Assembly (NCBI GenBank): GCA_963755915.1
Contig: CAVWLP010000002.1
Span: 1,056,001 to 1,120,000, forward strand
Origin: an uncultured Phycisphaerales bacterium
Lineage (GTDB): Bacteria > Planctomycetota > Phycisphaerae > Tepidisphaerales > Tepidisphaeraceae
Reading direction: 5' to 3'
DNA: 64,000 nucleotides
Under the pieces are notes generated by a model. The model was not told the origin of the DNA and ran no database searches. It saw nothing but the letters and a program-made list of their open reading frames with translations. The position numbers and the translations under genes are program-made. This document shows, piece by piece, positions 63,138 to 64,000 of this stretch (position 1 is the stretch's first letter; every line of letters begins with the position of its first letter).

Positions 63138-63581
63138 TCACTGCTGCGTGGTGGCAGGATGGGCGTTCTTCCACCAGCTCTCCCACCCATTCACATCGTT
63201 GCCAAACGGCATTCCCGTGAACTGCTTCAACTGCTGCACAATCTGAATCCCCTGATCCAGATCCGCCTGCGGCAGGGCTTTGACCAGGTAGGGGACGGCA
63301 TCCGATTTTCCCAAAGCTCCGAGATAAACTGCGGCATTAATCCAGATTTGCGGGTTGTCGTTTTTGACCAGATTCTCGGCCTTATCGACGCCGGCGGGGT
63401 CAGAACGGTCTTTGAGAATCATCAGGGCGTAGGAGACGGTGTCGGGGTCGTTGGAGTCGAGGTGGCGGACATATTCGGCGCTTGAGACGTGGATGACTTT
63501 TGTCAAAAGAATTGCGATGACGATCGCGGAAACGACGATTGCGATGACAACGATCGGGCCGCGGCGGGAATCATTGGCCAT
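63138..63581 (-). CDS. Membrane-anchored HEAT-repeat protein
   Basis: TM helix; AA..LG.LG...AVPYL..AL; TG..FG.D...W..WW. Confidence 0.75.
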   Translation of the reverse strand: MANDSRRGPIVVIAIVVSAIVIAILLTKVIHVSSAEYVRHLDSNDPDTVSYALMILKDRSDPAGVDKAENLVKNDNPQIWINAAVYLGALGKSDAVPYLVKALPQADLDQGIQIVQQLKQFTGMPFGNDVNGWESWWKNAHPATTQQ

Positions 63582-64000
63582 AGTCGCTCGCGGGCGGGCA
63601 GGTGCAGATCAGGTGGCGGTCGCCAAAGGGGTTGTCAATGCGGCCGACGGCCGGCCAGAATTTGGATTGTTTCACCCAATCGAGCGGGAAGACGGCCCGC
63701 TGCCGGGAATAGGGATGGCGCCAGTCTTCGCGGGAGATTTCGGCGGTGGTATGCGGGGCGTTTTTCAGGGGGTTGTCTTCGCGGCTCATTTTGCCGGATT
63801 CGATTTCGGCGATCTCCTGGCGGATTGAAATCATCGCCTCGCAAAAGCGGTCGAGCTCGGGTTTGGATTCGCTTTCGGTGGGCTCGATCATGAGCGTTCC
63901 CGGCTCGGGCCAGGACATCGTGGGGGCGTGGAAGCCATAATCCATCAGCCGTTTGGCGATGTCTTCGACTTTCACGCCGCTGGTTGCTTCGAACTGCTTG
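63571..64000 (-). CDS. gcvP: Glycine dehydrogenase (P protein), 3' part
   Basis: [50 protein letters not shown]. Confidence 0.97.
   Translation of the reverse strand, partial: KQFEATSGVKVEDIAKRLMDYGFHAPTMSWPEPGTLMIEPTESESKPELDRFCEAMISIRQEIAEIESGKMSREDNPLKNAPHTTAEISREDWRHPYSRQRAVFPLDWVKQSKFWPAVGRIDNPFGDRHLICTCPPASDYGQ

Overview
64-kb segment of a GC-rich bacterial chromosome. It is most likely a Planctomycetota (Phycisphaerae/Tepidisphaerales-like) genome, inferred from a prepilin with an H-X9-DG tail, an ECF sigma with a membrane-linked extension, and dnaA not followed by dnaN. Core genes: uvrA (partial), rpsR, der, galU-like, leuC, an S1 protein, tgt-yajC-secDF, dnaA, rpmA, obgE, an acyl-CoA ligase and gcvP (partial), plus a glycosylation/sulfation cluster at 48-58 kb. 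Many genes, including essential ones, are broken by single-base indels, most likely long-read sequencing errors. Main highlights: (1) a complete IS1595-family transposon (24-bp IRs, 8-bp TSD) carrying a fused CapRel-like RelA/SpoT toxin-antitoxin gene plus two small passengers; (2) an unassigned, highly structured ~270-nt RNA candidate with its own sigma70-type promoter and intrinsic terminator at 29.6-29.9 kb; (3) two different IS4 elements inserted about 20 bp apart into one copy of a dispersed TGTTAC direct-repeat motif, with an intact copy upstream of der; (4) a membrane-tethered ECF sigma whose outer domain recurs three times in the adjacent secreted protein; (5) families of REP-like palindromes, including tiny palindromes nested inside other repeats; (6) a visible GC-skew switch and DnaA boxes near dnaA, suggesting oriC. 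All calls are by eye; no database searches were run.
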